Assembly (NCBI GenBank): GCA_963813585.1
Contig: CAWEZL010000001.1
Span: forward strand, 504,487-568,486
Length of the DNA stretch: 64,000 nucleotides
Reading direction: 5' to 3'
Source of the DNA: an uncultured Acidobacteriota bacterium
GTDB taxonomy: Bacteria > Acidobacteriota > Vicinamibacteria > Vicinamibacterales > Fen-181
Shown here: one piece after another, positions 43,600 through 52,457 of the stretch
Layout of the letters: every line of letters starts with the position of its first letter
How positions within the stretch are numbered: position 1 is the stretch's first letter
Position numbers and translations under genes: made by a program
The notes under the pieces: model-generated
The model's database searches: none
Seen by the model: only the letters and a program-made list of their open reading frames with translations
Told to the model about the DNA's origin: nothing

Positions 43600-43605
43600 T
43601 AGAAT
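43600..43605 (+). promoter_or_regulatory. -10-like TAGAAT (gcTATAGAAT) 7 nt upstream of the ATG at 43613 (leaderless arrangement)
   Basis: Read directly, with no SD between the hexamer and the ATG. Confidence 0.35.
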
Positions 43606-43612
43606 ACCCCGC

Positions 43613-44596
43613 ATGGCCTTCTCCGCGGGACTCGACGCCCTGTGCGCGCTGCCGTCCATCTCGCTCGCGCAGTACCCGACGCCCGTCGAAACGCTCTCGC
43701 GCCTGCGCGCCACGCTCGGCGCCGGCCCGCGCCTCCTCGTCAAACGCGACGACGCGATCACGTTCGGCTTCGGGGGGAACAAGGTCCGCAAGATCGAGAT
43801 GCTCGCCGCCAGCGCGCTCGAGGACGACGCCGACGTGCTGATCACCACGGGGGGCGTGCAGTCGAACCACTGCCGCGTCACCGCCGCCGCCGCCGCCCGG
43901 CTGGGCATGCGATGCGTGATCGTCGCGAACGGTGCGCCACCCGCGCGCGCGACGGGCAACGCGCTGCTCGATCAGCTCTACGGCGCCGACGTGGAATACG
44001 TCGCCTCGCGCGAGGATCGGGCGCCCGCGATGGAGGCGATCGCCGAACGCCTCCGATCCGGCGGCCAGCACCCGGTGGTGATCCCGCTCGGCGCCTCGAC
44101 TCCGCTCGGGGCGGCCGGCGTCGCCCGCGCCGTCGGCGAACTGGTCTCGCAGCTCGACGAGGCGCCCGACTTCATCTTCCACTCCACCTCGTCCGGCGGC
44201 ACGCAGGCCGGCCTGGTCGCCGGGTGCGCCCTCTACGGCCTGAAGACCCGGGTGATCGGGATCAGCGCCGACGAGCCGGCCGACCGGCTGCGGGCCGTCG
44301 TCTCGGGGATCGTCGAGGGACTTGGCGGCCTGCTCGGGATGGACGGAAAGAAGCTGGCCGCGGCGTGCCCGATCGAAGTGGACACGCGCTTCATCGGCGA
44401 GGGTTACGGCGCCCCCACGGACGCCTCGTTCGAGGCCCAGTCGCTGCTCGCGCGCACCGAGGCCCTCGTCGTCGATCACACTTACAGCGCCAAGGCCCTC
44501 GCGGGGATGATCGGCTGGGTGCGCGAGGGGCGCCTCCGCGAGTCGGACACGGTGCTCTTCTGGCACACCGGGGGCCAGGTGGCGGTTTTCGCGTAA
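43613..44596 (+). CDS. D-cysteine desulfhydrase / ACC deaminase family PLP enzyme
   Basis: 327 aa. Motifs: YPTPVE, KRDD...GGNKVRK (PLP lysine), TTGGVQSNHCR. Confidence 0.85.
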   Translation: MAFSAGLDALCALPSISLAQYPTPVETLSRLRATLGAGPRLLVKRDDAITFGFGGNKVRKIEMLAASALEDDADVLITTGGVQSNHCRVTAAAAARLGMRCVIVANGAPPARATGNALLDQLYGADVEYVASREDRAPAMEAIAERLRSGGQHPVVIPLGASTPLGAAGVARAVGELVSQLDEAPDFIFHSTSSGGTQAGLVAGCALYGLKTRVIGISADEPADRLRAVVSGIVEGLGGLLGMDGKKLAAACPIEVDTRFIGEGYGAPTDASFEAQSLLARTEALVVDHTYSAKALAGMIGWVREGRLRESDTVLFWHTGGQVAVFA

Positions 44597-44634
44597 CAGT
44601 CGTCGCGAGTCGGTTCCCGTTCAGGCTGCGCCGG

Positions 44635-45633
44635 TCATTGCCCGGCCGCGTCCGCGGCCGAGGGTGTCGCGGAGGTCGTCGCGGCAGCCGCGGCCATCGG
44701 CTGAAGCTGCTCCAGCCGTGTCCGCACGCCCGCCGCTTCCGCGGCTTCCGGCGCCATCTGGAGGAACTCCCGGTAGGCGGCCACCGCCGCCGCCGCCTGG
44801 CCGCGGTTCTCCTCGCTGATGCCGAGCGCGAGGTGGAAGGTCGCGTCGTCCGGCTTCGCCGCGATCGCCTCGCGGTATCCCGCCACCGCTTCCTCCTCGC
44901 GGCCGGCACGGTGCAGCGACTGTGCGAGGTTGAACAGCGTGGCGTAATCGGCCGGGAACAGCTCGGCCGCCGCTCGGTAGTCCGAGACCGCGCCCGTCCA
45001 GTCGCCGAGCAGCCCCCGGCAGCGCGCCAGGTTGAAGCGGTACGCCCAGCGGCTCTCGTTGAGGGCGACCGCCCGCTCGAGCAGTGGCAGCGCGTCGGTC
45101 GGACGCCCCAGCCGGATCAGCACCTGCGCCGCGTTGCTGTGTGATTCGGCGTCGCTCGGGCGATCGACGATCTCCTTCTCGAACATGCCGAGGGCCTGCT
45201 CCAGCTCGCCGCGGGAGTACGCCAGCGTCCCTGCGGTGGCGGCGTCGATGAACGGCAACTCGGTCGGCACGCGCTCCGGGGGCGTGGACCTCCGGGGCTG
45301 GCTGGCCCGCATCAGCGCCGCGAGCGGCCCGCTGGAGTCGGGCGCCGACGCCGGCACGCCGGCCGAGAACGCCGGGCCCCAGACCCATCCCGTCAACAGG
45401 AGGATGATGCCCGCGGCGACCGAGGCGAAGGCGCCGGGCTTGACGTGCAGTCCCCGGCCCGGCACCGCCTCGGGCTGCCCGCGCCGCGCGCCCTGCCCGG
45501 CGGCAGCACGCGGACTGCGCTGCCCTGCCGCGCGCTCGATCGGCCGGGGATCGCGGCTCCGGCACCGCGGGCACTTCTCGTAGCGCGAGTGGTACCGGAT
45601 CCCGCACCGGCCGCACCTGACGGCAGCGCTCAT
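44635..45633 (-). CDS. zinc-ribbon + TM + TPR-repeat protein, translationally coupled to the pilY1-like gene
   Basis: Start moved to the ATG at 45633, which overlaps the pilY1-like stop (ATGA). The protein opens MSAAVRCGRCGIRYHSRYEKCPRCRS (CxxC...CxxC). It then has a TM segment (FASVAAGIILLLTGWVW) followed by TPR repeats. Confidence 0.7.
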   Translation of the reverse strand: MSAAVRCGRCGIRYHSRYEKCPRCRSRDPRPIERAAGQRSPRAAAGQGARRGQPEAVPGRGLHVKPGAFASVAAGIILLLTGWVWGPAFSAGVPASAPDSSGPLAALMRASQPRRSTPPERVPTELPFIDAATAGTLAYSRGELEQALGMFEKEIVDRPSDAESHSNAAQVLIRLGRPTDALPLLERAVALNESRWAYRFNLARCRGLLGDWTGAVSDYRAAAELFPADYATLFNLAQSLHRAGREEEAVAGYREAIAAKPDDATFHLALGISEENRGQAAAAVAAYREFLQMAPEAAEAAGVRTRLEQLQPMAAAAATTSATPSAADAAGQ

Positions 45634-48600
45634 CGACGGATCTCCCGCCAGGAGAGGATGCGCACACCCACCTGGCCCACGCCGTTGTTGAAGTCGTTCG
45701 GATCGCCGTACGCCTCGACCTTCGGGCCGGTTGAGCCCGACGTGGCGTAGTAGAGGTGCTGGTCCACGACGAAGGGGGCGGTCGCGCGGCCCGCGCCGGT
45801 CGTGACGAGCGGCGACAGCGGGTCGCCGGCACCCGTGCCCCGGTAGGCGCCGCCCCCGCGGTACGTCAGCGCGTAGAGGTTGTGCCGCGTGTCGGCGGGC
45901 ATGCCGGACGCGCACGCGGGCGCCACGTCCAAAGTGGTGGTGAAGAAGACGATCTCACCGGCCACGGCCGGAGAGGTCGAGGGGCGCTCGCCGACAGGCA
46001 GCCCCCCCAAGTTGGTCACGGCCGCCATGCTGACGGGAGCGAAGGAATTCGAGAAGACCCCGTTCGAGTCCTGCACGCCGAACAGCTTGAAGACCCCGGT
46101 CCCCCCGGAGGTGGACGGCGCGGTCGGCAGCAGATCGCTGCCGGTCATGAAGAAGATGTGCCGGTTGACCGAGCCGATGTACATCAGGGCCGACGAGGCG
46201 TAGATCGGCTGGTTGGTCGTCGTGAGCACGAGCGGGGTCTCGATCTTCCCGGTCGCGTCGAACTGGAACCGGTAGTACTTCCCGTCGAGGTCCCCCATGT
46301 AGGCCCACTTCGCGACGTACGACCCGTAGTTGCCGGTGACGGTCGGGTCGGCCTGCAGGGCGTTCTTCGGCGACGGGGTCCCCTCGCCCACGTCCTGGCA
46401 CCCCATGCCGCCGCACGTCGAGCCGGCCGCGTTGCCGAGCAGCTTCCCCGTGTCCATCCGGATCAGGTAGAACGCGTGGCCCGCGCTCGCCCCGTTCCGC
46501 CCCGCGAGCGTCGTCTCTGCGCGAGCCGGGTAGTAGCCCGACCCGACCATCGCAACGTTCACGCCGCGAGCGAGGTTGAGCGCGCCGACCGCGGGGTCGG
46601 ACCAGGTCTGGCCGACCGTCCTCTCCGCCGCCGATGCGCCGGCGGCCAACTCGCCGTGGACACGATAGACGCTGCCCGGCGTCGTGTCGGTCGGCGTCCC
46701 CGACGCCAGGCCGGTTGAGGTGAGCCAGATGTCCTGCCGGATGGTGGGGTCGAAGCTGCTGTACTCGGGGAACGACCACTTGAACTCCACGCGGTCTGGC
46801 GACGCGAACGAGTTCAGCACCCCCGCGTAGTCGTCGCTGTCGGGCTCCGGACCGCCCATGCCCGCCTCGGTGACGTCGAACGCCTGGTAGAACGTTCCGC
46901 CCGGCCCCTCGCCGATCACCAGGTAGCTGCGCCACTCGCCGCTCATCTTGACCTCGGCGATCTTCGGCGACTGGTCCACGTAGTAGTTGAACTGCTCGAG
47001 CGGCTGCCCCTGCTCGTACATCGCCCGCAGTTTCGGCAGCAGGTTGTAGGGGATGAACGCCCAGACCTCGTAGCCGGTCCGCGCGTCGATCGCGTGCAGC
47101 ATCCCGTCGTTGGCCCCGACCCAGATGATGGAGCGGCGGTTGTGGTGGTCGCCCGCGTAGGTGCCCGTCGCGTCGGCGCGCCCGTAGTCGTCGTCGGGCG
47201 GCGGGTCGAGCGAGGGCGGGTCCATGATGGCGGGCGTCGAGCCGATCACCGCGCCCAGGGGCAGGGCGCGCACGTAGTCGATCAGCGACGTCGCGCCGAT
47301 CGACGACGGGTTGAGGCTCGGGTTCGAGCTGACGAACGATCCGAGGTACGGCGCGAGGCGCCAGGCGTTAGCGTGTGTGAACGCCACCATCCCCGATCCC
47401 GGGATGTACGTGTAGATGTTGCGGTCGTCCGGGTTGGCGGGCACCCGCGCGAGGCCCGCCGTCTCGGGCCGGCCGTCGCGGTCGGGCCACAGGGCCGTGC
47501 CGTCCTTGGTGAACGTATAGCCGGATGGCTTGGTGCTGTCGGGGATCGCCTTGAAGACCCGGACCGCCCGCACGCGCCCGTAGAAGCCCGGGCCCCACGG
47601 AACGGCATGCGCGTCGGCCAGGCCCAGGCCGAAGCCGGACGTGATCATGAAGTTGTTGCGCTGCGGGATGGGATCGCCCGTCCCCGTGTGGATCAGGGTG
47701 TTCGTCAGCGCGAACCCCGACGAGTCGGAGGCCCCCTCGAGGTTCACCGTGCCGACGACGGGGCTCACCGGGTAGAACTCGCTCGACTTCCGCGACGACG
47801 GCAGGTTCAGGTCGCTCGGTCGGCTGAACCCGGTTTGAAGTGCGAGGTTGACCGCCCTCGCCACGCCGGACCGATCCCACGCCTGGACGAGCACGCCGCC
47901 GCTCGAGTCGGCGATCGTCTGCAACTGGACGCGGTCGGCCGCGTACTGCGGCGAGTGGAGGTTGGGCCTCACCCAGACGACGAAGACCGGGACCTTGTGC
48001 CCGCCTCCGGCCGCGAGCGACTTGAGCTGGGCCGCGATTCCCGACGGGTCGGCGGAGTAGTCACGGCCCGCCGTGATGAGGACGACCACCGTGTTCCGGC
48101 ACGTGCCGCAAGTGGCGTCGGCCGCGATTGCGTTGGTGACGGCGGTCTTCGCGTCCCCCAGCGCCAGGGTGAGCGGCCGGTCCTCGAAGTCCTTCGTGTC
48201 GAGCCCCGCCGGGATCAGCAGCGGGTTCGTGTCGGCCCCGTTCGTCGTGTCGGTGCCCAGGGCGGCCATGACGCCCGACGCGGTGCCGGCGGCCGGCGCG
48301 ATGAGCGGCACGGTGGCGGGGGCCGTGGAGTTCAGGGACGAGACGCTCGTGGCGAAGATCCCCAGCATGCCGCCCTCGCACGCGCCGTCGGGCAGGCCGT
48401 CCAGTGGCGATCCGGCCGGCACCGCCACCGGCTTCTCGCAGGCGAGGCGCCGGACCGGGTCATTCTGGCGCAGCTTCAGGAGCCCCCAGCGGAAGGTGGC
48501 CCCGCGGTTGTGCTCGACGGCGTCCCGCAGCCCGAGTCGCGCCATGTCGTAGCGGGTGCCGCTCCAGAACCGGGCGTATTGGGGATCGAGGTTGCTGATC

Positions 48601-48998
48601 GCCTCGATGCCGTCCGCCGTGAACTTGTCGCTCGCCGTCGGCACGCTGGTGCTGAACTGCAGGTTGCGGTAGATCCGCCGGTAATGGATCGCGCCGGCGG
48701 GGATGCCGAGCGCCGCCCGCATCTCGGGGGAGATGTCGGCCACGTGGTAGGTGTGCGTGTCGTAGAGGCTGCCATTGGGCCACACGTCGCCCGCGCCGGC
48801 GTAGCCGTCGTTCAACATCTGGAACGACGTGTCCATCACCACGACGACTGCCGGCGGCACGCGCTTGGCGAACAGCAACGGGTCGAGCTGTGCGTGCGCG
48901 GCCCTGGGCCAGGACAGCATCGCGAGGGCGGCCGCCGCGGCGAGCGCGACGCGCCAGCTCCAGGTTCGGGCGTTGGTGCGGGTGGTTGTTCGATTCAC
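45630..48998 (-). CDS. pilY1: PilY1-like type IV pilus tip-associated protein (vWA-like N-domain + beta-propeller)
   Basis: Start moved to the GTG at 48998, after SD GAGG (VNRTTTRTNARTWSWRVALAAAAALAMLSWPRAAHA). The vWA-like start is VVVVMDTSFQM. It has a large C-terminal PilY1-type propeller and sits downstream of pilVWX-like genes. Confidence 0.75.
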   Translation of the reverse strand: MNRTTTRTNARTWSWRVALAAAAALAMLSWPRAAHAQLDPLLFAKRVPPAVVVVMDTSFQMLNDGYAGAGDVWPNGSLYDTHTYHVADISPEMRAALGIPAGAIHYRRIYRNLQFSTSVPTASDKFTADGIEAISNLDPQYARFWSGTRYDMARLGLRDAVEHNRGATFRWGLLKLRQNDPVRRLACEKPVAVPAGSPLDGLPDGACEGGMLGIFATSVSSLNSTAPATVPLIAPAAGTASGVMAALGTDTTNGADTNPLLIPAGLDTKDFEDRPLTLALGDAKTAVTNAIAADATCGTCRNTVVVLITAGRDYSADPSGIAAQLKSLAAGGGHKVPVFVVWVRPNLHSPQYAADRVQLQTIADSSGGVLVQAWDRSGVARAVNLALQTGFSRPSDLNLPSSRKSSEFYPVSPVVGTVNLEGASDSSGFALTNTLIHTGTGDPIPQRNNFMITSGFGLGLADAHAVPWGPGFYGRVRAVRVFKAIPDSTKPSGYTFTKDGTALWPDRDGRPETAGLARVPANPDDRNIYTYIPGSGMVAFTHANAWRLAPYLGSFVSSNPSLNPSSIGATSLIDYVRALPLGAVIGSTPAIMDPPSLDPPPDDDYGRADATGTYAGDHHNRRSIIWVGANDGMLHAIDARTGYEVWAFIPYNLLPKLRAMYEQGQPLEQFNYYVDQSPKIAEVKMSGEWRSYLVIGEGPGGTFYQAFDVTEAGMGGPEPDSDDYAGVLNSFASPDRVEFKWSFPEYSSFDPTIRQDIWLTSTGLASGTPTDTTPGSVYRVHGELAAGASAAERTVGQTWSDPAVGALNLARGVNVAMVGSGYYPARAETTLAGRNGASAGHAFYLIRMDTGKLLGNAAGSTCGGMGCQDVGEGTPSPKNALQADPTVTGNYGSYVAKWAYMGDLDGKYYRFQFDATGKIETPLVLTTTNQPIYASSALMYIGSVNRHIFFMTGSDLLPTAPSTSGGTGVFKLFGVQDSNGVFSNSFAPVSMAAVTNLGGLPVGERPSTSPAVAGEIVFFTTTLDVAPACASGMPADTRHNLYALTYRGGGAYRGTGAGDPLSPLVTTGAGRATAPFVVDQHLYYATSGSTGPKVEAYGDPNDFNNGVGQVGVRILSWREIRR

Positions 48999-49030
48999 GG
49001 GTTGCCTCTGTCGCTGCGGATGGTGCGCGC

Positions 49031-49891
49031 CTACTGGACCGCCAGGCCGCCGCCGCCGCCGCCGATGTCCATCCTCATCTCGGTCAGCCCCGAGCCCGGG
49101 GTCTGCACGGCCGCCTTGCGCGCGCGCTGGTTCCACTCTTCCTGGCCGCGCTGCGCGATGTAGCCGCGCTCGATCTCCGTGCTGGAGGTCCTGGCCACCG
49201 TCATCTCGACCACCTTGTGGGAGCCGCCGACGCCCCACGCCTCGGCGTGCAGCGTGAGGACGCCGTTGGTGTCGAGCGCGGGGTTGTTGTCGTTCTCCGA
49301 CGCGTCGTCGGCGACCAGCACCATGACGTAGGCGTCGGTCGGGACCCCCTCGGGCAGGATGTTCGACATCGGGCCGTACGCGTAGACGCGCCAGACCGGG
49401 TCGTTCAGGCCCCAGATGTGGAGCGCGTTGGTCTCGGCCTGCACCCGCGCGCACTCCCGGGCGACGTCCACGCGGGTGCCGTCGACCAGGGTCACCGTCA
49501 TCGGCCCGTCGGTGAAGCTCGACTGCATGTTGCTGGCGCCAAGCAGGTCGTTCCACTGCGGGACCGCGAGGAGGTCCTGCACCACCCGCTCGGCCGCCGC
49601 GTCGGCGGCGTAGAGCGCCTCGTGCGCGTTGCGGTAGTTCGCGGTGAGCAGCGTCTCGGACGAGGTGAGCAGGACCAGCGACACCGCCAGCGCCGTCAGC
49701 AGCATCGTCGAGAGGAGGACGATGATGAGAGCGACGCCGCGCTCGTCGGCGAGCGCGCGGCGGAATCCGCTGCGGCCCTCGATTCCGGTAGGGCGACCCT
49801 TGATTCCGGTAGGGCGACCCTTTAGGGTTGCCCTGCTGCGACCCTCGATTCGTGTAGGGCGACCCTTCAGGGTTGCCATCTTCGTGTCCAT
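49031..49891 (-). CDS. pilX: PilX-like minor pilin/pilus assembly protein with a repeat-encoded N-terminal leader
   Basis: The PilX N-terminal signature is ERGVALIIVLLSTMLLTALAVSLVL. The only start codons (ATG 49891 with SD GGGAGAG, or ATG 49879) lie about 45 codons upstream, inside tandem repeats. Confidence 0.65.
   Translation of the reverse strand: MDTKMATLKGRPTRIEGRSRATLKGRPTGIKGRPTGIEGRSGFRRALADERGVALIIVLLSTMLLTALAVSLVLLTSSETLLTANYRNAHEALYAADAAAERVVQDLLAVPQWNDLLGASNMQSSFTDGPMTVTLVDGTRVDVARECARVQAETNALHIWGLNDPVWRVYAYGPMSNILPEGVPTDAYVMVLVADDASENDNNPALDTNGVLTLHAEAWGVGGSHKVVEMTVARTSSTEIERGYIAQRGQEEWNQRARKAAVQTPGSGLTEMRMDIGGGGGGLAVQ
49781..49891 (-). repeat. 21-nt (7-codon) and 45-nt tandem repeats forming the 5' end of the pilX-like ORF
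   Basis: gattccggtagggcgaccctt occurs twice (49781-49822), with a variant gattcgtgtagggcgaccctt (49847-49867). Yagggttgcc occurs twice. The repeats encode MDTKMATLKGRPTRI-EGRSRATLKGRPTGI-KGRPTGI-EGRSGF. Confidence 0.85.
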
Positions 49892-49901
49892 ATCTCTCCC
49901 G

Positions 49902-51053
49902 CTACCGCACCAGGTTCATGTTCCGGGGGGCGACGTCGTACTCGACGACGTAGTCCGGCACGCGCCGGTAGGCGCTGTTCGAGGTGCCCGGGTTCTGAAA
50001 GAGGGTCTGGCCGGACGGGTTGGTCCCGCGCAGCTCGGAGGCCCCCGCCTGCGCCCGCAACTGCACCGACACCTTGCGGATGCGGAACAGGTCGGCGTCG
50101 AAGGCGTTGGCGCCGGAGCCGCACACCGGGCCGTCGGTGAGCATCGCCGGCGTCAGCTCGACGAGCGAGCTGCCGTTGGAGGGCAGCGTCGGCAGCCGCG
50201 GGCTGCCGGCGGCGTCGATGATGCAGTTCGAGCCGCCGGCCACCGGGCGCGGCGCCAGCGGCGGGTTCGGGTCGCCAAAGTAGCGGAACCTGAGCCCGGC
50301 GACGTTGTCGACGAGCGGGAGGTCTTCCATCGCGCCATCGTAGTGATTGAGCTGGTTGACCGGCCGGTTCAGCCAGTACACGTGAGTCTCGACCTGCGCG
50401 ATGCGCGCGTGCTCCGCCTCGGTGTAGGACTTCGAGAGGTCCTTGCTGGCGTTCAGCGTCTCGTTGTGCTGGAGGTGGCCCTCGGTGCCGGTGCTCTGCA
50501 CCTGGGTGATCGTGAAGAAGTCGTACGCCCCCGTCTCGTCGAAGATCAGGACGCGCATCCCCTCCTTGAAGCCACACAGGTTGTCCTTCGGCGTCACGTC
50601 GGGGCAGCCGGGCTGCGAGTAGACCTTCACCTCGGCGGAGACGCTCGGCATCGTGTCGCGGACGCTGGTCTGCGACGCGGTGGCCGGCACGTAGGCGATC
50701 GAGATGCGGTCGGGGAAGAAGCTGAGGCCCGGATCGGGCGCGACCGACCCGGTCCGATAGGGCAGGATCGGCGGAAAGTAGTTCGCCAGCGCGCCGGCGA
50801 TGTCGCCGGAGTAGGTGCCGGCGCCCGCCATCAGCAAGTCCTTCTCGAGGACGTCCGCCGAGATGCGGAGCCGCTGCAGCACGTCGGCGGCCTCGGGCTG
50901 CGTGCGCGAGGTCGACTGGGACGGGTCGACCAGCGTGAACACCGAGCCGACCACCAGCAGCAGCACCGTCATCGACACCAGCATCTCGATGAGGGTGAAC
51001 CCCGCCCTGAGCGAGGCGGCTGCCGGCCGCCGAGTCGAAGGGTCGTGCCTCAT
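49902..51053 (-). CDS. pilW: PilW-like type IV pilus minor pilin (prepilin-type N-terminal methylation domain)
   Basis: Start moved to the ATG at 51053, which overlaps the upstream stop (ATGA). The class III signal is LRAG/FTLIEMLVSMTVLLLVV. 383 aa. Confidence 0.75.
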   Translation of the reverse strand: MRHDPSTRRPAAASLRAGFTLIEMLVSMTVLLLVVGSVFTLVDPSQSTSRTQPEAADVLQRLRISADVLEKDLLMAGAGTYSGDIAGALANYFPPILPYRTGSVAPDPGLSFFPDRISIAYVPATASQTSVRDTMPSVSAEVKVYSQPGCPDVTPKDNLCGFKEGMRVLIFDETGAYDFFTITQVQSTGTEGHLQHNETLNASKDLSKSYTEAEHARIAQVETHVYWLNRPVNQLNHYDGAMEDLPLVDNVAGLRFRYFGDPNPPLAPRPVAGGSNCIIDAAGSPRLPTLPSNGSSLVELTPAMLTDGPVCGSGANAFDADLFRIRKVSVQLRAQAGASELRGTNPSGQTLFQNPGTSNSAYRRVPDYVVEYDVAPRNMNLVR

Positions 51054-51646
51054 TGCGCTTTCCTCGTCTTGACGCCGGTAAGCCACGTTTCCTCGCCGAA
51101 GCGGCCGGTGGGAGCCGACGCGGCGACCGCCACCGCCTGCGCCTGTCGCACCGTCATCACGCGCACCTGGAAGACGAGCGTGTTGTTCGGGTTGGTGGGC
51201 AGCGGCGTGATCGACCAGCGGCGGACGTAGGCCGCGTTGGCCGCCCCGCTCGCGGTGTTGCCGACCCAGACGCCCTGCTCGTCCAGGTAGTCCACGTACC
51301 CGGGCGTGTCCTCGGTGATGGCGTTCGACGGCGACGGGTTGAGCCCCGATCCGCCGCCCGTCGGCGACGGCTGGCTGAGGTCGGTGCTGATGTCCGAGGC
51401 CGGCAGGCCGAGGGCGGACGCGTTCTGATCGAAGCCCCAGGTCAGCGCCTTCAGCTGCTCCATCCTCTGGACGGCGAGCAGGGCCGTCGACGTCTGCCCC
51501 CTCGACGAGAGGTTCGCCTTGGTCGCGACCGCGAAGAGCTGCGCGACGCCGAGCGAGACCACCGACAGCAGCGCCACCGACACCAGCACCTCGATGAGCG
51601 AGAACCCCTCGGAACGCCTCGTCTCGGGTTCGTGTGATTGCTTCAT
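51050..51646 (-). CDS. pilV: PilV-like type IV pilus minor pilin
   Basis: 198 aa with class III signal RRSEG/FSLIEVLVSVALLSV. Confidence 0.75.
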   Translation of the reverse strand: MKQSHEPETRRSEGFSLIEVLVSVALLSVVSLGVAQLFAVATKANLSSRGQTSTALLAVQRMEQLKALTWGFDQNASALGLPASDISTDLSQPSPTGGGSGLNPSPSNAITEDTPGYVDYLDEQGVWVGNTASGAANAAYVRRWSITPLPTNPNNTLVFQVRVMTVRQAQAVAVAASAPTGRFGEETWLTGVKTRKAQ

Positions 51647-51658
51647 ATGACAGCCGCC

Positions 51659-52255
51659 CTAGTTCCCCGTCTCCCGCCGAATCGCGATCTTCCCCACCGT
51701 GTTCACGTCCACCGTCGCCGAGTAGGGACCCATGGTCACCGTGACCGACTCGGTCCCGATCGGGCGCGGCGTGCTCCCTTCGAGCTTGGTTGCGCGGCCA
51801 TCGGGGGCGAACTGCAGCACGAGGTTGGACGACGAGAAGGCGATGGTCACGCGTGGGTCGAGGTTGCGGATCGGGCCGTCGTAGCGCGGCTTCGGCGGCA
51901 CCAGGTAGGGCGCGTTCGGCGGCGCCGGGTACGGGAAGGCGCCCGCGTCGCAGCGAGCCGAGTCGGACCACCCGGCCTCCACGATCCGGTACTGGCCCGG
52001 CGTGGGGCAGTTGAAGCGCACTTCGAGCCGGCGGTTCACCCCCACCGCACGCAGCCGCGCCGCCTGCAGCTCCTGCTGGACCGCGCGTGCGGCGTTGTCC
52101 ACCTTCAAGCGGTCCGTCATCCGGAGGCCGGGGACGGCGATGCCGACGAGGATGGCGCCAACGGCCATCACCATCAGCAGCTCGATGAGGGTGAACCCGG
52201 CTTCAGCCGGCCGGGGGGAGGTCGATTCCGCTCGTCGTGTGCAGCGATTCGTCAT
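51659..52255 (-). CDS. fimT: GspH/FimT/FimU-family minor pilin
   Basis: 198 aa with class III signal PAEAG/FTLIELLMVMAVGAIL. The following region AARAVQQELQAARLRAV is typical of the GspH/FimT family. Confidence 0.7.
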   Translation of the reverse strand: MTNRCTRRAESTSPRPAEAGFTLIELLMVMAVGAILVGIAVPGLRMTDRLKVDNAARAVQQELQAARLRAVGVNRRLEVRFNCPTPGQYRIVEAGWSDSARCDAGAFPYPAPPNAPYLVPPKPRYDGPIRNLDPRVTIAFSSSNLVLQFAPDGRATKLEGSTPRPIGTESVTVTMGPYSATVDVNTVGKIAIRRETGN

Positions 52256-52457
52256 AAGGCCGTCCCGGGCGGCAGCCTCTGGTCCGCCCCTACAAATGAA
52301 GCAGCAGTGGCAAGCCCCGGCCCAGGACGGGGAACCGGCTGCAAGTGGTTGTTCGGGAATCAGTTGTGACGAGAGGCTGGCGCAGCGGGCGATCGGCGCG
52401 GTGTGCCGGAACGGGACAGGCGGTTACAGGCCTGTGCGTGCTGATGAGAACGGTCGA

